Assembly (NCBI GenBank): GCA_030054835.1
Contig: JASGVS010000010.1
Location: 10,276-74,275, forward strand
DNA from: Bacillota bacterium
GTDB taxonomy: Bacteria > Bacillota > Limnochordia > Darwinibacteriales > Darwinibacteriaceae
DNA: 64,000 nucleotides
Reading direction: 5' to 3'
Made by a program: the position numbers and the translations under genes
In this document: positions 37,959-47,838 of the stretch, in pieces
Layout: each line of letters begins with the position of its first letter
How positions within the stretch are numbered: position 1 is the stretch's first letter
Notes under the pieces: generated by a model
What the model saw: only the letters and a program-made list of their open reading frames with translations
Database searches by the model: none
Told to the model about the DNA's origin: nothing

Positions 37959-39821
37959 CTAGACGGAACCCCAGCTGAAGTATTCTTCACTCCACTTCCC
38001 GTCGTCAAATCTGAAGATAACGTTTTTCCGCAGTTCCCGGATGGTCATCTTGGCGTGTCCGATTTGAATCCTGACCCCGGGATAGAAGGTTTCGGCTGCA
38101 ATAAAGCCGCCTTCATCCACAGCCAAGGAAGTGCGCACCGTTTCGTTCAAACCGGCATAGCGGACCGCAATGGATGAACCGGCGAAATAGCGGCCGTTGC
38201 GGCATGAACCGGCAATTCTGATCCTCTGCCCAGCAGACATACGGCAGGCGTACACGAGTAGTCCATTGACGATAATATCGCCTGTTGCCTCCAGTTCGGC
38301 GTTTTGGGCGTAACTTAACTTAATGTCCGCCGGGGCACTCAACACATCCTCCAGGAAGGCTACTACCTTGCTCAGTGCCTTCTCACTGGTCTGCACCTCT
38401 CGAATGGACTGAATGCGCAGCGGGTTTGCTCCCTGATAGCGCCTGGCGATGTGGTGCAGTATATTCCAAATTCGATCCTGCTCCCTGTCTAATTCGAGTT
38501 CCTCAGTTCTGGGCAGCAGTTCTAGCACGTCCGCAAACAACTCAGGAATGGAGGGGAGTTTAGTTTCTAATACCGCCTTGATCAGGTGCCCGTCGCCGCT
38601 GCCGTTTTGTTCCTCCCCTGCAAAACCCGTGTGGGTTTTGATCTGCAGCGTCAAGGTCTGGAGCTGCCTCAAAAGGGGAATGATCCTCTTGAGCAAGGCC
38701 GCCATTTTGATGGTGACAATCATGTCGCCCCCAGCCGACACCCTACCGCCAATGACGTTACGGCGAACATCCACACTGCTCCCAGCCCGGATGTCCGCGT
38801 GGTAGGAATTGTGGCCGATGGTAACAAGCCCACCCGCCTTAACCTCCAAACCCTCCCGCACACTACCCATCACCAACACATCGCCAGTGAAATCAATGTT
38901 ACCGGTGGCAATATCCACGTCGGAGTCGATCACAAGTTCAGGCTTGACACAGATCTGTCCCCATTCGATGGTGGGCCGTCCCGCTATCTCCGCTACCGCA
39001 ATGGTACCGTCTTCAACCAGTTTGACACCGCGTCCGGCCGTAAAGCGTGCCCATTTTGGCTGTCTGGGGTCAACCCGTTCTCCAAACACGTTCCAGCCTG
39101 GCTTGCCCTCCACCGGGGGATGCCAAAACGCCAAAACTTCGCCCGGTTCAACACAATCTATCTTTCCCCGGTCGAACCAATCGACGCGGTCGCCCTGTTC
39201 CTCCCTTACCCGGATACCGGTTAGGTCATGGAACGCTTCAATTCTACCATCTACGGGCGGTTCGGGCTTAATTCCCCGCACAATCAAAACACGACTGTTC
39301 TCACCGCTCTGGCAGGCGCTTTCCAGCGTTTCCGCATCCGCCCCCATCTTCACGCCCATTTTCTCCAGCTCGTCCAACACCCGCTGGGGATCGATGGGTT
39401 TCGGGGCATGCCTCCGTTTTTCCCGGGAAACAACCACCAGGTCGGGAACGTAATCGCTGTCCGCAACCCTGTATTCTATTCCCTCTTCGAATTCTGTTTC
39501 GAGCCAAACCTCCATTTTGTCCGACGATACTCCCAGTCGGAACTCACTTTTGGCAGGTCGATGGAAAAGCCTAAACGCTATCCCTTGAGTGGTCTCTAAC
39601 ACCAGAGGTTGTTCCACCATTTTGCCATGGTAAAGGACCTGAACATGGCGATCAGGTCCGGTGACAATAGTGGGCCATTTCCCGCCTCGGCTCGGCTTTT
39701 TCATCAGGAGTTTCCCGTCCAGAAGAGCCAAGCAACCGTCCTCTGTCTCAGGCATCTCGACTTGATCTTTCTCGCCAATTTTCAACTCATCAAGCCACTC
39801 CAACATGGACTCAATGTTCAA
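37959..39821 (-). CDS. FapA/DUF342-family protein (polymer-forming, beta-helix-rich)
   Basis: 620 aa; N-terminal domain then repetitive GxxV/I beta-helix-like repeats (VDIATGNIDFTGDVLVMGSV...), typical of DUF342. Confidence 0.65.
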   Translation of the reverse strand: MNIESMLEWLDELKIGEKDQVEMPETEDGCLALLDGKLLMKKPSRGGKWPTIVTGPDRHVQVLYHGKMVEQPLVLETTQGIAFRLFHRPAKSEFRLGVSSDKMEVWLETEFEEGIEYRVADSDYVPDLVVVSREKRRHAPKPIDPQRVLDELEKMGVKMGADAETLESACQSGENSRVLIVRGIKPEPPVDGRIEAFHDLTGIRVREEQGDRVDWFDRGKIDCVEPGEVLAFWHPPVEGKPGWNVFGERVDPRQPKWARFTAGRGVKLVEDGTIAVAEIAGRPTIEWGQICVKPELVIDSDVDIATGNIDFTGDVLVMGSVREGLEVKAGGLVTIGHNSYHADIRAGSSVDVRRNVIGGRVSAGGDMIVTIKMAALLKRIIPLLRQLQTLTLQIKTHTGFAGEEQNGSGDGHLIKAVLETKLPSIPELFADVLELLPRTEELELDREQDRIWNILHHIARRYQGANPLRIQSIREVQTSEKALSKVVAFLEDVLSAPADIKLSYAQNAELEATGDIIVNGLLVYACRMSAGQRIRIAGSCRNGRYFAGSSIAVRYAGLNETVRTSLAVDEGGFIAAETFYPGVRIQIGHAKMTIRELRKNVIFRFDDGKWSEEYFSWGSV

Positions 39822-40083
39822 TGGAAAGACCTCCTAAAGCAAAAAAACTTTTCACCCAGGCGCGATGAAAAGTACTTTTGCGCAACTGGCTGGCATGCAC
39901 GTGCTGTGGTTAGCCCCTTTAGCTTTGCGTCCCAGGGTTTCCCCTGGTTTGCCAAATTTTTAATTGTAACCGCTCTCTTTAACAAGTAGTTTAGTATAGC
40001 ATACTTACCATTTTTTGCAAGCGTTGTCAAACGAAAAAATTAAATTTCGTCGATCCGTCTCAAATCCCTTTGCCAACGGGATT

Positions 40084-40938
40084 TCAGTAGTTTCTTACCA
40101 GTAGTTCCTCCACCGGTCCCCGCAGATCTCCCCTGGAATTAACAACTCGGTTGGCCTGTACAATTTCAATATGATAGTCTTTGTAGAGATCCAGAATAAA
40201 GTCGGTGGCCGCATTGGAAAGGAGAAATTTCACGCCCCGCTTTGTAAGTTCATCGCACAAATTCCTTAACCGCTCCTGCTCCCCGCGGCAGAAACCGCCG
40301 CTGGCATAACCGGTAAAATTGGCACTGTCAGAGAGGGGATCGTAGGGAGGATCGAAATAAACAAAATCCCCTTCTTCACTATCCTCCATTGCTGCAGCAA
40401 AATCGCCGCATCTGAAGGTGACCTCAGCTCGGTTAAAATACCTGTGGACCGCGCTGATCGTCTCTTCATTTAAAATATTCGGATTTACATAGGCGCCAAA
40501 GGGCGCATTGAACTGTCCCTTACTGTTGACCCGGTAAAGGCCGTTGTAGCAGGTTTTATTCAGGTACAAAATACGGGATGCCCGTTCCACGTCACTCAAC
40601 TTTTCGTAAACGGCAGGATCTCGATCTAGAGCCCGTATTCTGTAAAAATACTCCCGTTCATTGCGGTGTTTGCTCAGATCTGCCAATAGCTCTTGGCAGC
40701 TCGTTTTGATCACTTTATATACATTAATCAGTTCGGGATTAATATCGTTTACAACAGCCCGTGCTGGCTGGAGATGGAACAGAACGGCACCGCCGCCCAC
40801 GAATGGCTCGTAGTAAGTGTTAAAAGCAGGGGGCAGCAAACGTTCAATTTCGGGCAGGAGCTGCCTTTTCCCCCCAACCCATTTCAGTACGGGTGCAACA
40901 GCAGCATCTCTTTCCATGATAAACACCCTCTCATCCAA
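40084..40938 (-). CDS. Dam-family N6-adenine DNA methyltransferase (D12 class)
   Basis: N-terminal KWVGGKRQLLPEI and FVGGGAV (SAM motif I), catalytic DPPY. Confidence 0.85.
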   Translation of the reverse strand: MDERVFIMERDAAVAPVLKWVGGKRQLLPEIERLLPPAFNTYYEPFVGGGAVLFHLQPARAVVNDINPELINVYKVIKTSCQELLADLSKHRNEREYFYRIRALDRDPAVYEKLSDVERASRILYLNKTCYNGLYRVNSKGQFNAPFGAYVNPNILNEETISAVHRYFNRAEVTFRCGDFAAAMEDSEEGDFVYFDPPYDPLSDSANFTGYASGGFCRGEQERLRNLCDELTKRGVKFLLSNAATDFILDLYKDYHIEIVQANRVVNSRGDLRGPVEELLVRNY

Positions 40939-41024
40939 ATTTGTCCCGGCTGTTAAAGGTATTAGGGAGAGGAAAACGAAAATCCTTTTTAGAAAAGCTT
41001 TGGCCCAGAAAACGGAGGTATTTT

Positions 41025-42629
41025 ATGCAGGCTACTAACTCAGAGAGTAAACTCTTTTACAACGCCAACTTTATTACTCTGGATGACCGCTACCCCAGGG
41101 CGGAAGCAATGCTTGTCACGGGGGAACGCATCGCAGCCATTGGCACGCTGGAAGCGGTTACTACGGCAGCGCCTGTGGAAGCGGAGCGCATAGACCTTAA
41201 CGGCCTCACAGTTGTGCCCGGATTCAACGACAGCCATCTCCACCTGCTTAATTGGGGTTTGAGCATGGCAGGTATCGATTTGACCCAAGTTCGTTCTATC
41301 CACGAAATGATAGCACTTGGACGCAATTACTTACAGACCCAACCGGATGCAAGGGTGATCATGGGTCGCGGCTGGAGTGATGAGAAATTCGACTCCAAAC
41401 GGCTGCCTAACAGATGGGACTTGGATCAAATAGCTCGGGATGTCCCGGTCCTTTTCACCCGCGTGTGCGGCCACGTATGTGCAGTGAACTCTAAAGCGCT
41501 GGAACTGGCCGGTATTAACGCAAACACAGATAATCCGGCCGGAGGCAGTATTGATCGGGATCCCCTCTCAGGCGAACCCACTGGGATCCTGCGGGAGACA
41601 GCGATAGAACTGATCTACAAACTCATCCCCACCCCCTCCATTTCCGAACTAAAGGGCATCCTGCGCGGCGCAGCCCAAGCTGCCGCAGCAGTTGGCCTTA
41701 CCTCTGTGCAGGCTAACGACATTCAGGGAGCGGCGGGGTTAAGCACGCAACTGGAGGCCTACCGCCAACTGGCGGAAGCGGACGAACTGCCCATTCGTGT
41801 CAACTTACAGGCGAGCATGCCCACACTCAGCGACATTACCAGCTACCTAGCGGCTGTTGAGGGGTCCCGCGATTTCGGGACTTATTTGGCCCTGGGCCCT
41901 GTCAAACTTTACGCCGACGGATCATTGGGAGCCAAAACGGCTGCCATGAGTGAGCCCTATCTGGACGCGCCGGAAACGCGGGGCGTTCCCATTTACAGCC
42001 AACCAGAGCTCGACGAGCTTGTTCTAGCAGCTGCCCAGGCTGATCTCCAGGTGGCGGTGCACGCCATTGGCGATTGGGCCTTGGATATGGTACTCACAAG
42101 CTACGCCAAGGCAAAGGCAGCGGTTCCCGCTTGGAGCAAAAGACCCCGGGTCGTTCACTGCCAGATTGCCCGTTTAGAACAGCTGGAACGCATGGCTGAG
42201 CTTAGGGTTGTAGCCGATATTCAGCCCATTTTCGTCCCCACCGATCGCCACTTCGTGGAGGCGAGAATCGGCACCACAAGGGCCCGCTACGCCTACGCCT
42301 GGAAAACAATGGTGGAACTTGGCATCGCCACCGCCGGCAGTTCAGACTGCCCCATCGAAAACTGCAATCCCCTCCTGGGCCTCCAGGCAGCCATCACCAG
42401 GGACGGCTGGCACCCGGAAGAGTGCCTCACTCCCCTGGCGGCGCTCAAACTCTTCACCATTGGTTCGGCCTACGCTGCCCACGAAGAAAACGAAAAGGGC
42501 ACCCTCAGCCCGGGCAAACTAGCCGATTTTGTGGTACTGCCCCAAGATCCCCTGACTGTGGAGCCAGAAGCGTTGGGGCAGATGGAAGTTGCTGCCACCT
42601 ATGTGGGCGGCAGGCGTGTTACACAGTAA
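41025..42629 (+). CDS. amidohydrolase-family metal-dependent hydrolase (YtcJ-like)
   Basis: GFNDSHLHL metal-binding HxH, TIM-barrel amidohydrolase_3 architecture; GGAGG RBS before the internal ATG chosen as start. Confidence 0.75.
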   Translation: MQATNSESKLFYNANFITLDDRYPRAEAMLVTGERIAAIGTLEAVTTAAPVEAERIDLNGLTVVPGFNDSHLHLLNWGLSMAGIDLTQVRSIHEMIALGRNYLQTQPDARVIMGRGWSDEKFDSKRLPNRWDLDQIARDVPVLFTRVCGHVCAVNSKALELAGINANTDNPAGGSIDRDPLSGEPTGILRETAIELIYKLIPTPSISELKGILRGAAQAAAAVGLTSVQANDIQGAAGLSTQLEAYRQLAEADELPIRVNLQASMPTLSDITSYLAAVEGSRDFGTYLALGPVKLYADGSLGAKTAAMSEPYLDAPETRGVPIYSQPELDELVLAAAQADLQVAVHAIGDWALDMVLTSYAKAKAAVPAWSKRPRVVHCQIARLEQLERMAELRVVADIQPIFVPTDRHFVEARIGTTRARYAYAWKTMVELGIATAGSSDCPIENCNPLLGLQAAITRDGWHPEECLTPLAALKLFTIGSAYAAHEENEKGTLSPGKLADFVVLPQDPLTVEPEALGQMEVAATYVGGRRVTQ

Positions 42630-43380
42630 TCAGTTGTAGGAGTTCAGCGTGGATGATGCCGTTGGTGGCAATTACATCCCGGCCGAAGGGATCGAAGGGG
42701 CTGTCCGCCCAGGCAGTCACCCTTCCCCCTGCCTCTGCCACAATCAGGCTAGCAGCAGCAATATCCCACGGTTTGAGGTCCCGTTCCCAAAACCCATCGA
42801 GGCGACCGCAGGCAACATGGCACAGATCGAGTGCTGCTGCGCCGAAGGAGCGCACTCCCTGGGACGCTTTCATGGCCCGCTTAAAGGGAAGCATGTTATC
42901 CCGTTCAGTTGTGGCCACGTCATAGGGAAAGCCTGTGGCAAGCAGACTGTCTATCACCCGTTCCGTTCGGGAAACTTCAACGGGCTTACCGTTCAAAAAG
43001 GCTCCACCGCCTTTTTCAGCACTGAAGCACTCATCCAAAACTGGATTATAGACCACACCCAACACGATTTCGCCCCCTTTAGCCAAAGCCATGGATACGG
43101 CGTAATGGGGGTAACGGTGGGCGAAGTTGGTGGTGCCATCGAGGGGATCGATTACCCAGACGTACTCTTCGGAGCGGGCGGTAAAGCCCCCCTCCTCCGC
43201 CATAATGCTGTGCTGGGGGAACAGGCGCTGCAGCTCAGAAACAGCAAAATCCTCAGCAGCCCGATCCGCGTCCGTCACCGGGTCGATGGTACCCTTGTAT
43301 TCAATCTCAAAACCAGTCCGGGTCTTTTCCAGTAAAACCTGGCCCGCACCTCTTGCTATGGCCTCTGCCTTTGCTAACAA
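42619..43380 (-). CDS. suhB: inositol monophosphatase family protein
   Basis: WVIDPLDGT and the WDIAA (WD-x-AAG) motifs. Confidence 0.8.
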   Translation of the reverse strand: MLAKAEAIARGAGQVLLEKTRTGFEIEYKGTIDPVTDADRAAEDFAVSELQRLFPQHSIMAEEGGFTARSEEYVWVIDPLDGTTNFAHRYPHYAVSMALAKGGEIVLGVVYNPVLDECFSAEKGGGAFLNGKPVEVSRTERVIDSLLATGFPYDVATTERDNMLPFKRAMKASQGVRSFGAAALDLCHVACGRLDGFWERDLKPWDIAAASLIVAEAGGRVTAWADSPFDPFGRDVIATNGIIHAELLQLITV

Positions 43381-43472
43381 AGTTTTTCCTCCTCGAGTAT
43401 ATACTTCGTCAAAAAAGGGGGAGAATGCCTCCCCCTCAAAAAAACTTCACTGCCGCTGCGGCAGAACCCGAT

Positions 43473-44555
43473 CTAGTTCTTATTCTTGAACGCCAGCATG
43501 AAGTCGCGCAGGGCTTCACAGGCAGCGGGAGGTACCGCGTTGTAAATGGAAGCCCGGCAGCCGCCAATGGAGCGGTGACCCGCTAAGCCCACAAAGCCTT
43601 GGGCAGCGGCCTCCTGTAGGAACTTTTGTTCCAATTCCTTAGTAGCTAAATTGAAGGTCACGTTCATCAGTGAGCGGCTGTCCTTGGCGGCATGATCAGT
43701 GTAGAAGCCGTCGCTCTGATCGATGGCGTCGTAGATAACAGCCGCCTTAGCCTCGTTCTGCTCCTCAATGGCCTTCACTCCGCCTAAGCTGTCAACCCAC
43801 GCCAGTACTCTACCCAGCAGGTAAATGCCGAAGGTAGGAGGAGTGTTGAAGAGGGAGTTGCTCTTTACATGGGTCGAATACTTAAGCATAGTCGGCAGAT
43901 CCTGTTCAGCCTGGTCCAGCAGATCATCGCGGACAATCACAACGGTAACACCGGAAGGTCCTAAGTTCTTCTGGGCTCCGGCATAGATCAAGCCGAATTT
44001 GCTCACGTCTATCGGTTTGGAGAGGATATCGCTGGACATGTCCGCAATCAAGGGTACACCCTTGGTGTCGGGGAATTCACGCCACTGGGTGCCGTAGATC
44101 GTGTTGTTGGAGGTAATATGCACGTAGGCTTCATCTCCACTGATCTCCAAGCTGTCTAGGGCAGGAATATAACTGTAAGTCTCCCCTTTACTACTCCCCC
44201 CGATTTTCACCTGACCAAAGCGCTCCGCTTCGTCCCGAGCCTTTTCGGACCAGGAACCGGTGAGGATGTAATTGGCCGTCTTATCTTGCGACAAGAAGTT
44301 CATGGGCACCATGGCGAACTGCAGACTGGCTCCGCCCTGCAAAAAGAGAATTTGATAGTTACTGGGTATATTTAACAGTTTGCGCAGCAGTTCTTTAGCC
44401 TCGTTATGTACCGCATCGTAATCTTTACTGCGGTGGCTTAACTCCATGACAGACATGCCCGTGCCCCTAAAGTCCAGAAGTTCCGCCTGGGCTTCCTGCA
44501 GCACTGCCAAAGGCAGAGCGGCGGGACCGGCGTTGAAGTTATACGCTCTGTTCAT
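43473..44555 (-). CDS. serC: phosphoserine aminotransferase
   Basis: NFNAGPAALP N-terminus, 360 aa, class V aminotransferase pattern. Confidence 0.9.
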   Translation of the reverse strand: MNRAYNFNAGPAALPLAVLQEAQAELLDFRGTGMSVMELSHRSKDYDAVHNEAKELLRKLLNIPSNYQILFLQGGASLQFAMVPMNFLSQDKTANYILTGSWSEKARDEAERFGQVKIGGSSKGETYSYIPALDSLEISGDEAYVHITSNNTIYGTQWREFPDTKGVPLIADMSSDILSKPIDVSKFGLIYAGAQKNLGPSGVTVVIVRDDLLDQAEQDLPTMLKYSTHVKSNSLFNTPPTFGIYLLGRVLAWVDSLGGVKAIEEQNEAKAAVIYDAIDQSDGFYTDHAAKDSRSLMNVTFNLATKELEQKFLQEAAAQGFVGLAGHRSIGGCRASIYNAVPPAACEALRDFMLAFKNKN

Positions 44556-44635
44556 CTAACTGCCTCCTCCTGGTTTCCACTTTTCTCTATCCTATCATAA
44601 ACTAAGCAGGAAACCAACTATTCTACGGATCCCTT

Positions 44636-44663
44636 TTGATAATGTTACTCATTATGGTATAAT
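44636..44663 (+). promoter_or_regulatory. sigma-A promoter TTGATA-16-TATAAT for the serA-like/DUF1015 operon
   Basis: Read directly: TTGATAatgttactcattatggTATAAT, then the GGAAGGAGG RBS and a GTG start at 44705. Confidence 0.5.
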
Positions 44664-44704
44664 TAACCCACAATCACAACGGAAAGTGCGGAAGGAGGAT
44701 TTTC

Positions 44705-45640
44705 GTGTTTCGAGTGCTCGTTTCTGACAAGATTGATGAACTGGGCTTAGCCCCCCTTTTAACGAATGACCAGATTGAGGTTGTACAGAAAAACGTGGCT
44801 GAGGTGGATGACCTGGACAGCTATGACGCCATCTTGGTGCGCAGCGCAACCAAGGTGACGGCAGAAGTTATCGAGAAAATGCCGCGGCTCAAGATAATTG
44901 GCCGGGCAGGCGTCGGTGTGGATAATATCGACCTTGCAGCGGCAACCGCCAAGGGCATTAACGTGGTCAACGCTCCCTGGGGCAACATCGTTTCCACCGC
45001 TGAGCATACCTTTGCCATGATGATGGCCCTAGTCCGCAGCATCCCCCAAGCCCACAACTCCCTGAAGAACCACGAGTGGAAGCGCTCTTCTTTTCTAGGT
45101 ACGGAGCTGAAGGGCAAGACGTTAGGCTTAATTGGCTTTGGCCGTGTAGGTACAGAACTTGCCAAGCGGGCGGTAGCCTTTGAGATGAACGTCCTCGCCT
45201 ACAGTCGTTCCATCACGCCCGAACGGGCGGAGAAATACGGGGCAAAGGCAGCTACCTTCGAGGATATCCTGAGGGAGAGCGACATCATATCGGTCCATAC
45301 CGGCCTGACGGAACAAACCAGAGGCCTGCTTAACGCCGAGAGTCTAGCCAAAACGAAAAAGGGCGTTCTGATCATTAACTGTGCCCGGGGCGGCATTGTG
45401 GATGAAAAAGCCCTGCAAGAGCTCCTAGCCAGCGGTCATGTGGCCGGAGCTGCCCTTGATGTGTACTCCCAGGAGCCCCCGACAGATTTCTCCCTCATCG
45501 ACATGGATAATGTCATTGTCACTCCTCACATTGCCGCCTCAACCAAGGAAGCCCAGCTTAATGTGGCGGTGATGGTGGCGGAAGAGGTGCTAAACTTCGC
45601 CCAAGGCAAACCGGTACAGAACAGCGTCAACTTTCCCTGA
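44705..45640 (+). CDS. serA: D-3-phosphoglycerate dehydrogenase-like 2-hydroxyacid dehydrogenase (short form without ACT/ASB domains)
   Basis: GxGxxG LGLIGFGRVG, catalytic R/E/H of the D-2-hydroxyacid DH family; 311 aa, ends after the catalytic domain. Confidence 0.75.
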   Translation: MFRVLVSDKIDELGLAPLLTNDQIEVVQKNVAEVDDLDSYDAILVRSATKVTAEVIEKMPRLKIIGRAGVGVDNIDLAAATAKGINVVNAPWGNIVSTAEHTFAMMMALVRSIPQAHNSLKNHEWKRSSFLGTELKGKTLGLIGFGRVGTELAKRAVAFEMNVLAYSRSITPERAEKYGAKAATFEDILRESDIISVHTGLTEQTRGLLNAESLAKTKKGVLIINCARGGIVDEKALQELLASGHVAGAALDVYSQEPPTDFSLIDMDNVIVTPHIAASTKEAQLNVAVMVAEEVLNFAQGKPVQNSVNFP

Positions 45641-45656
45641 AGGAGGGTGATGGATA

Positions 45657-46898
45657 ATGGCAGTAATAAAACCGTTCCGGGCAGTAAGACCCAGGCAGGA
45701 TCTTGCCCACCAGATCGCGGCGTTGCCCTATGATGTTATGGATTCGGTTGAGGCCAAGGAGATGGTGAAAGGAAACGAATACTCCTTCCTCCGCATCGAT
45801 CGGGCTGAGATCAACTTCCCTGAAATGGCCGATCCCCTCGAAGAGCGGGTGTACGCCAAAGCAGGGGAGATTTTCAACAGGATGATGGCAGAAGGGCAGT
45901 TCATCCAGGAGAAGCAGGACGCATTTTATATCTACCGTCAGATTATGGACGGCAGGGCCCAGACCGGACTTGTGTGCTGTGCCTCCATTGATGACTACGA
46001 GAACAACATAATCAAGAAACACGAATTTACCCGTCCCGACAAGGAAATTGACCGGATTAACCATATCAAAGCGCTGGATGCCCAATCGGGCCCCATTTTC
46101 CAGACCTATCTGGACCGGGCCGAAATCAATGCCATCATCAACGATTGGGCGAACAGTCGGAAACCGGTTTACCAGTTCACTGCCCACGGCGTAGAACAGA
46201 TCGTCTGGATCATTGACGACCAGGCTGTCGTGCAGAAGTTGGTGGATCTGTTTGCGGAGGTCGACTACCTCTACATCGCCGACGGGCACCACCGCTCCTC
46301 CGCCGCTGTCCAGGTCGGCCTGGAAATGCGGAGGCTGTACCCAGACGCACCGGCAGACGCAGAATTCAACTATTTTCTCTCCGTCCTCTTCCCCGCCGGG
46401 GATCTGAAGATCTGGCCTTACAACCGCTTAGTAGCAGACTTGGCCGGAGCAAAGCCCGAGGAATTCCTTGCGCGAGTGGCTGAGAGATTTACAGTAATGC
46501 CGGCACCGGTAAGCCCATTTGAGCCAAGGGAGCGCCAGACGTTTGGCATGTACCTGGAGGGGAAATGGTATAAACTAATCCCAAAACCGGAGTTAATACC
46601 AACTGACGATCCCATCGGCAGACTGGATGTGGCTATCCTCCAGAATAACCTGCTAGGCCCCATCCTGAAAATCGATGATCCCCGCACCGATGGGCGCATC
46701 GACTTTGTGGGTGGTATCCGCGGTGTGAAGGAGTTAGAGCGGCGGGTGGCGGAAGATATGACAGTCGCTTTTTCCATGTACCCCACCGCTATTGAAGACG
46801 TGATCTCTGTGGCGGACAGTGACGGTGTGATGCCGCCCAAATCTACCTGGTTTGAACCAAAACTGCTGAGCGGCTTATTCATTCACAAACTGAAATAA
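45657..46898 (+). CDS. DUF1015-domain protein
   Basis: MAVIKPFRAVRPR N-terminus and ADGHHR motif characteristic of DUF1015; commonly partnered with short serA. Confidence 0.65.
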   Translation: MAVIKPFRAVRPRQDLAHQIAALPYDVMDSVEAKEMVKGNEYSFLRIDRAEINFPEMADPLEERVYAKAGEIFNRMMAEGQFIQEKQDAFYIYRQIMDGRAQTGLVCCASIDDYENNIIKKHEFTRPDKEIDRINHIKALDAQSGPIFQTYLDRAEINAIINDWANSRKPVYQFTAHGVEQIVWIIDDQAVVQKLVDLFAEVDYLYIADGHHRSSAAVQVGLEMRRLYPDAPADAEFNYFLSVLFPAGDLKIWPYNRLVADLAGAKPEEFLARVAERFTVMPAPVSPFEPRERQTFGMYLEGKWYKLIPKPELIPTDDPIGRLDVAILQNNLLGPILKIDDPRTDGRIDFVGGIRGVKELERRVAEDMTVAFSMYPTAIEDVISVADSDGVMPPKSTWFEPKLLSGLFIHKLK

Positions 46899-46921
46899 GA
46901 AGAGACATCTAGTTGAATATA

Positions 46922-46954
46922 GGCCGTGGGCCCGGTGCCCACGGCTCTTTGTTT
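46922..46954 (+). terminator. rho-independent terminator after the DUF1015 gene
   Basis: GCCGTGGGC-ccggt-GCCCACGGC perfect 9-bp stem then TCTTTGTTTT. Confidence 0.65.
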
Positions 46955-47024
46955 TCATCTTGACAGAAAACTGCCGCCAAAAGCAGAATAAAATTAGCTA
47001 ATTTAACTAAGAAGGGGTGATGTC

Positions 47025-47753
47025 ATGCTCACGATCAGTTCCACCGAAGCTCAAAACAATTTCGGAAAATATCTGCTGCTGGCCCAAGAGCAGGACATAA
47101 TCATTACCCGTAACGGACAAGAAGTGGCCAAACTCACTGCCCTGAGGGATAAGGCAGGTTTTGGGGCTGAATCTGCTCGTGTAAGCGGTTACGGACTCGG
47201 CAAAGCGACCTACCAGGCGTTTCTGGAGTTGAGCAAGAACAGTGCTGAGCGCTATGAGTACATTGACGGTGAGATATTCCTGCTGACATCCCCAAAAACA
47301 GAGCACCAACTGGCTTTGACCCAATTGTTTGGGGCATTCCACCGCTTTTTTGACGGTAAGGAATGCATTCCCTTCGTTGCTCCTTAGGATATTACCATCA
47401 GCCGTTTTGCCGGTGATATTAACGTAGTACAGCCTGACCTAATGGTAATCTGCGATCTAGCCGAGCAGCTCGCACCCGATGGCTATTACAAAGGGGTGCC
47501 CACTTTAGTGTGTGAAATACTCTCCGCATCAAGTCGCAAACATGATTTGCTGAAAGAATTGTCCCTTTACCTGGATGGGGGTGTGAAAGAGTACTGGATT
47601 GTTGACCCGCAGAACAAAACGATCGCTATTTACCGTTTTTCAGATGGGGAAATAACTGAGCACCTGACCTTTAAGGCACCGGAAAACGCCCATTCCCCCA
47701 CCTTCCCCGCTCTGGTGGTTGATTTAACGCGAGTCTTTCGCCCCATTCCTTAA
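47025..47753 (+). pseudogene. Phd/YefM-like N-terminal domain fused to a Uma2-family (DUF820) endonuclease, interrupted by a single in-frame TAG at 47385..47387
   Basis: The two track ORFs (47025..47387 and 47442..47753) are in the same frame. Reading through the TAG gives one continuous Uma2-like sequence (ERYEYIDGEI...TEHQLA...VVQPDLMVICD...EYWIVDP). The first 45 aa look like a Phd/YefM antitoxin. Confidence 0.55.
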
Positions 47754-47838
47754 TCCACTTTTCGCCCGGCATGAGCAGGTATTTTACTGATACGCGGGAA
47801 GTAACTAACTAAAATTTAATGGAATTGGAGGGATTGTT

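Noticed and set aside
38586-39453. Two roughly 210-aa plus-strand ORFs inside the FapA/DUF342 gene
   Set aside because: Antisense shadows of a repetitive beta-helix gene. Ser/Pro/Thr-rich translations.
39818-40030. 70-aa ORF upstream of the FapA gene
   Set aside because: No RBS, Lys/Ala-rich low-complexity translation. The region is better explained as a 5' leader carrying a possible TTGCAA-16-TATACT promoter at 39993..40020 (low confidence).
47385-47387. In-frame TAG in the Uma2 fusion read as pyrrolysine
   Set aside because: No pylT/pylS/pylBCD genes or other in-frame TAG-containing genes are visible in this window. A pseudogene or sequencing error is more parsimonious, so it is kept only as an alternative within the finding.
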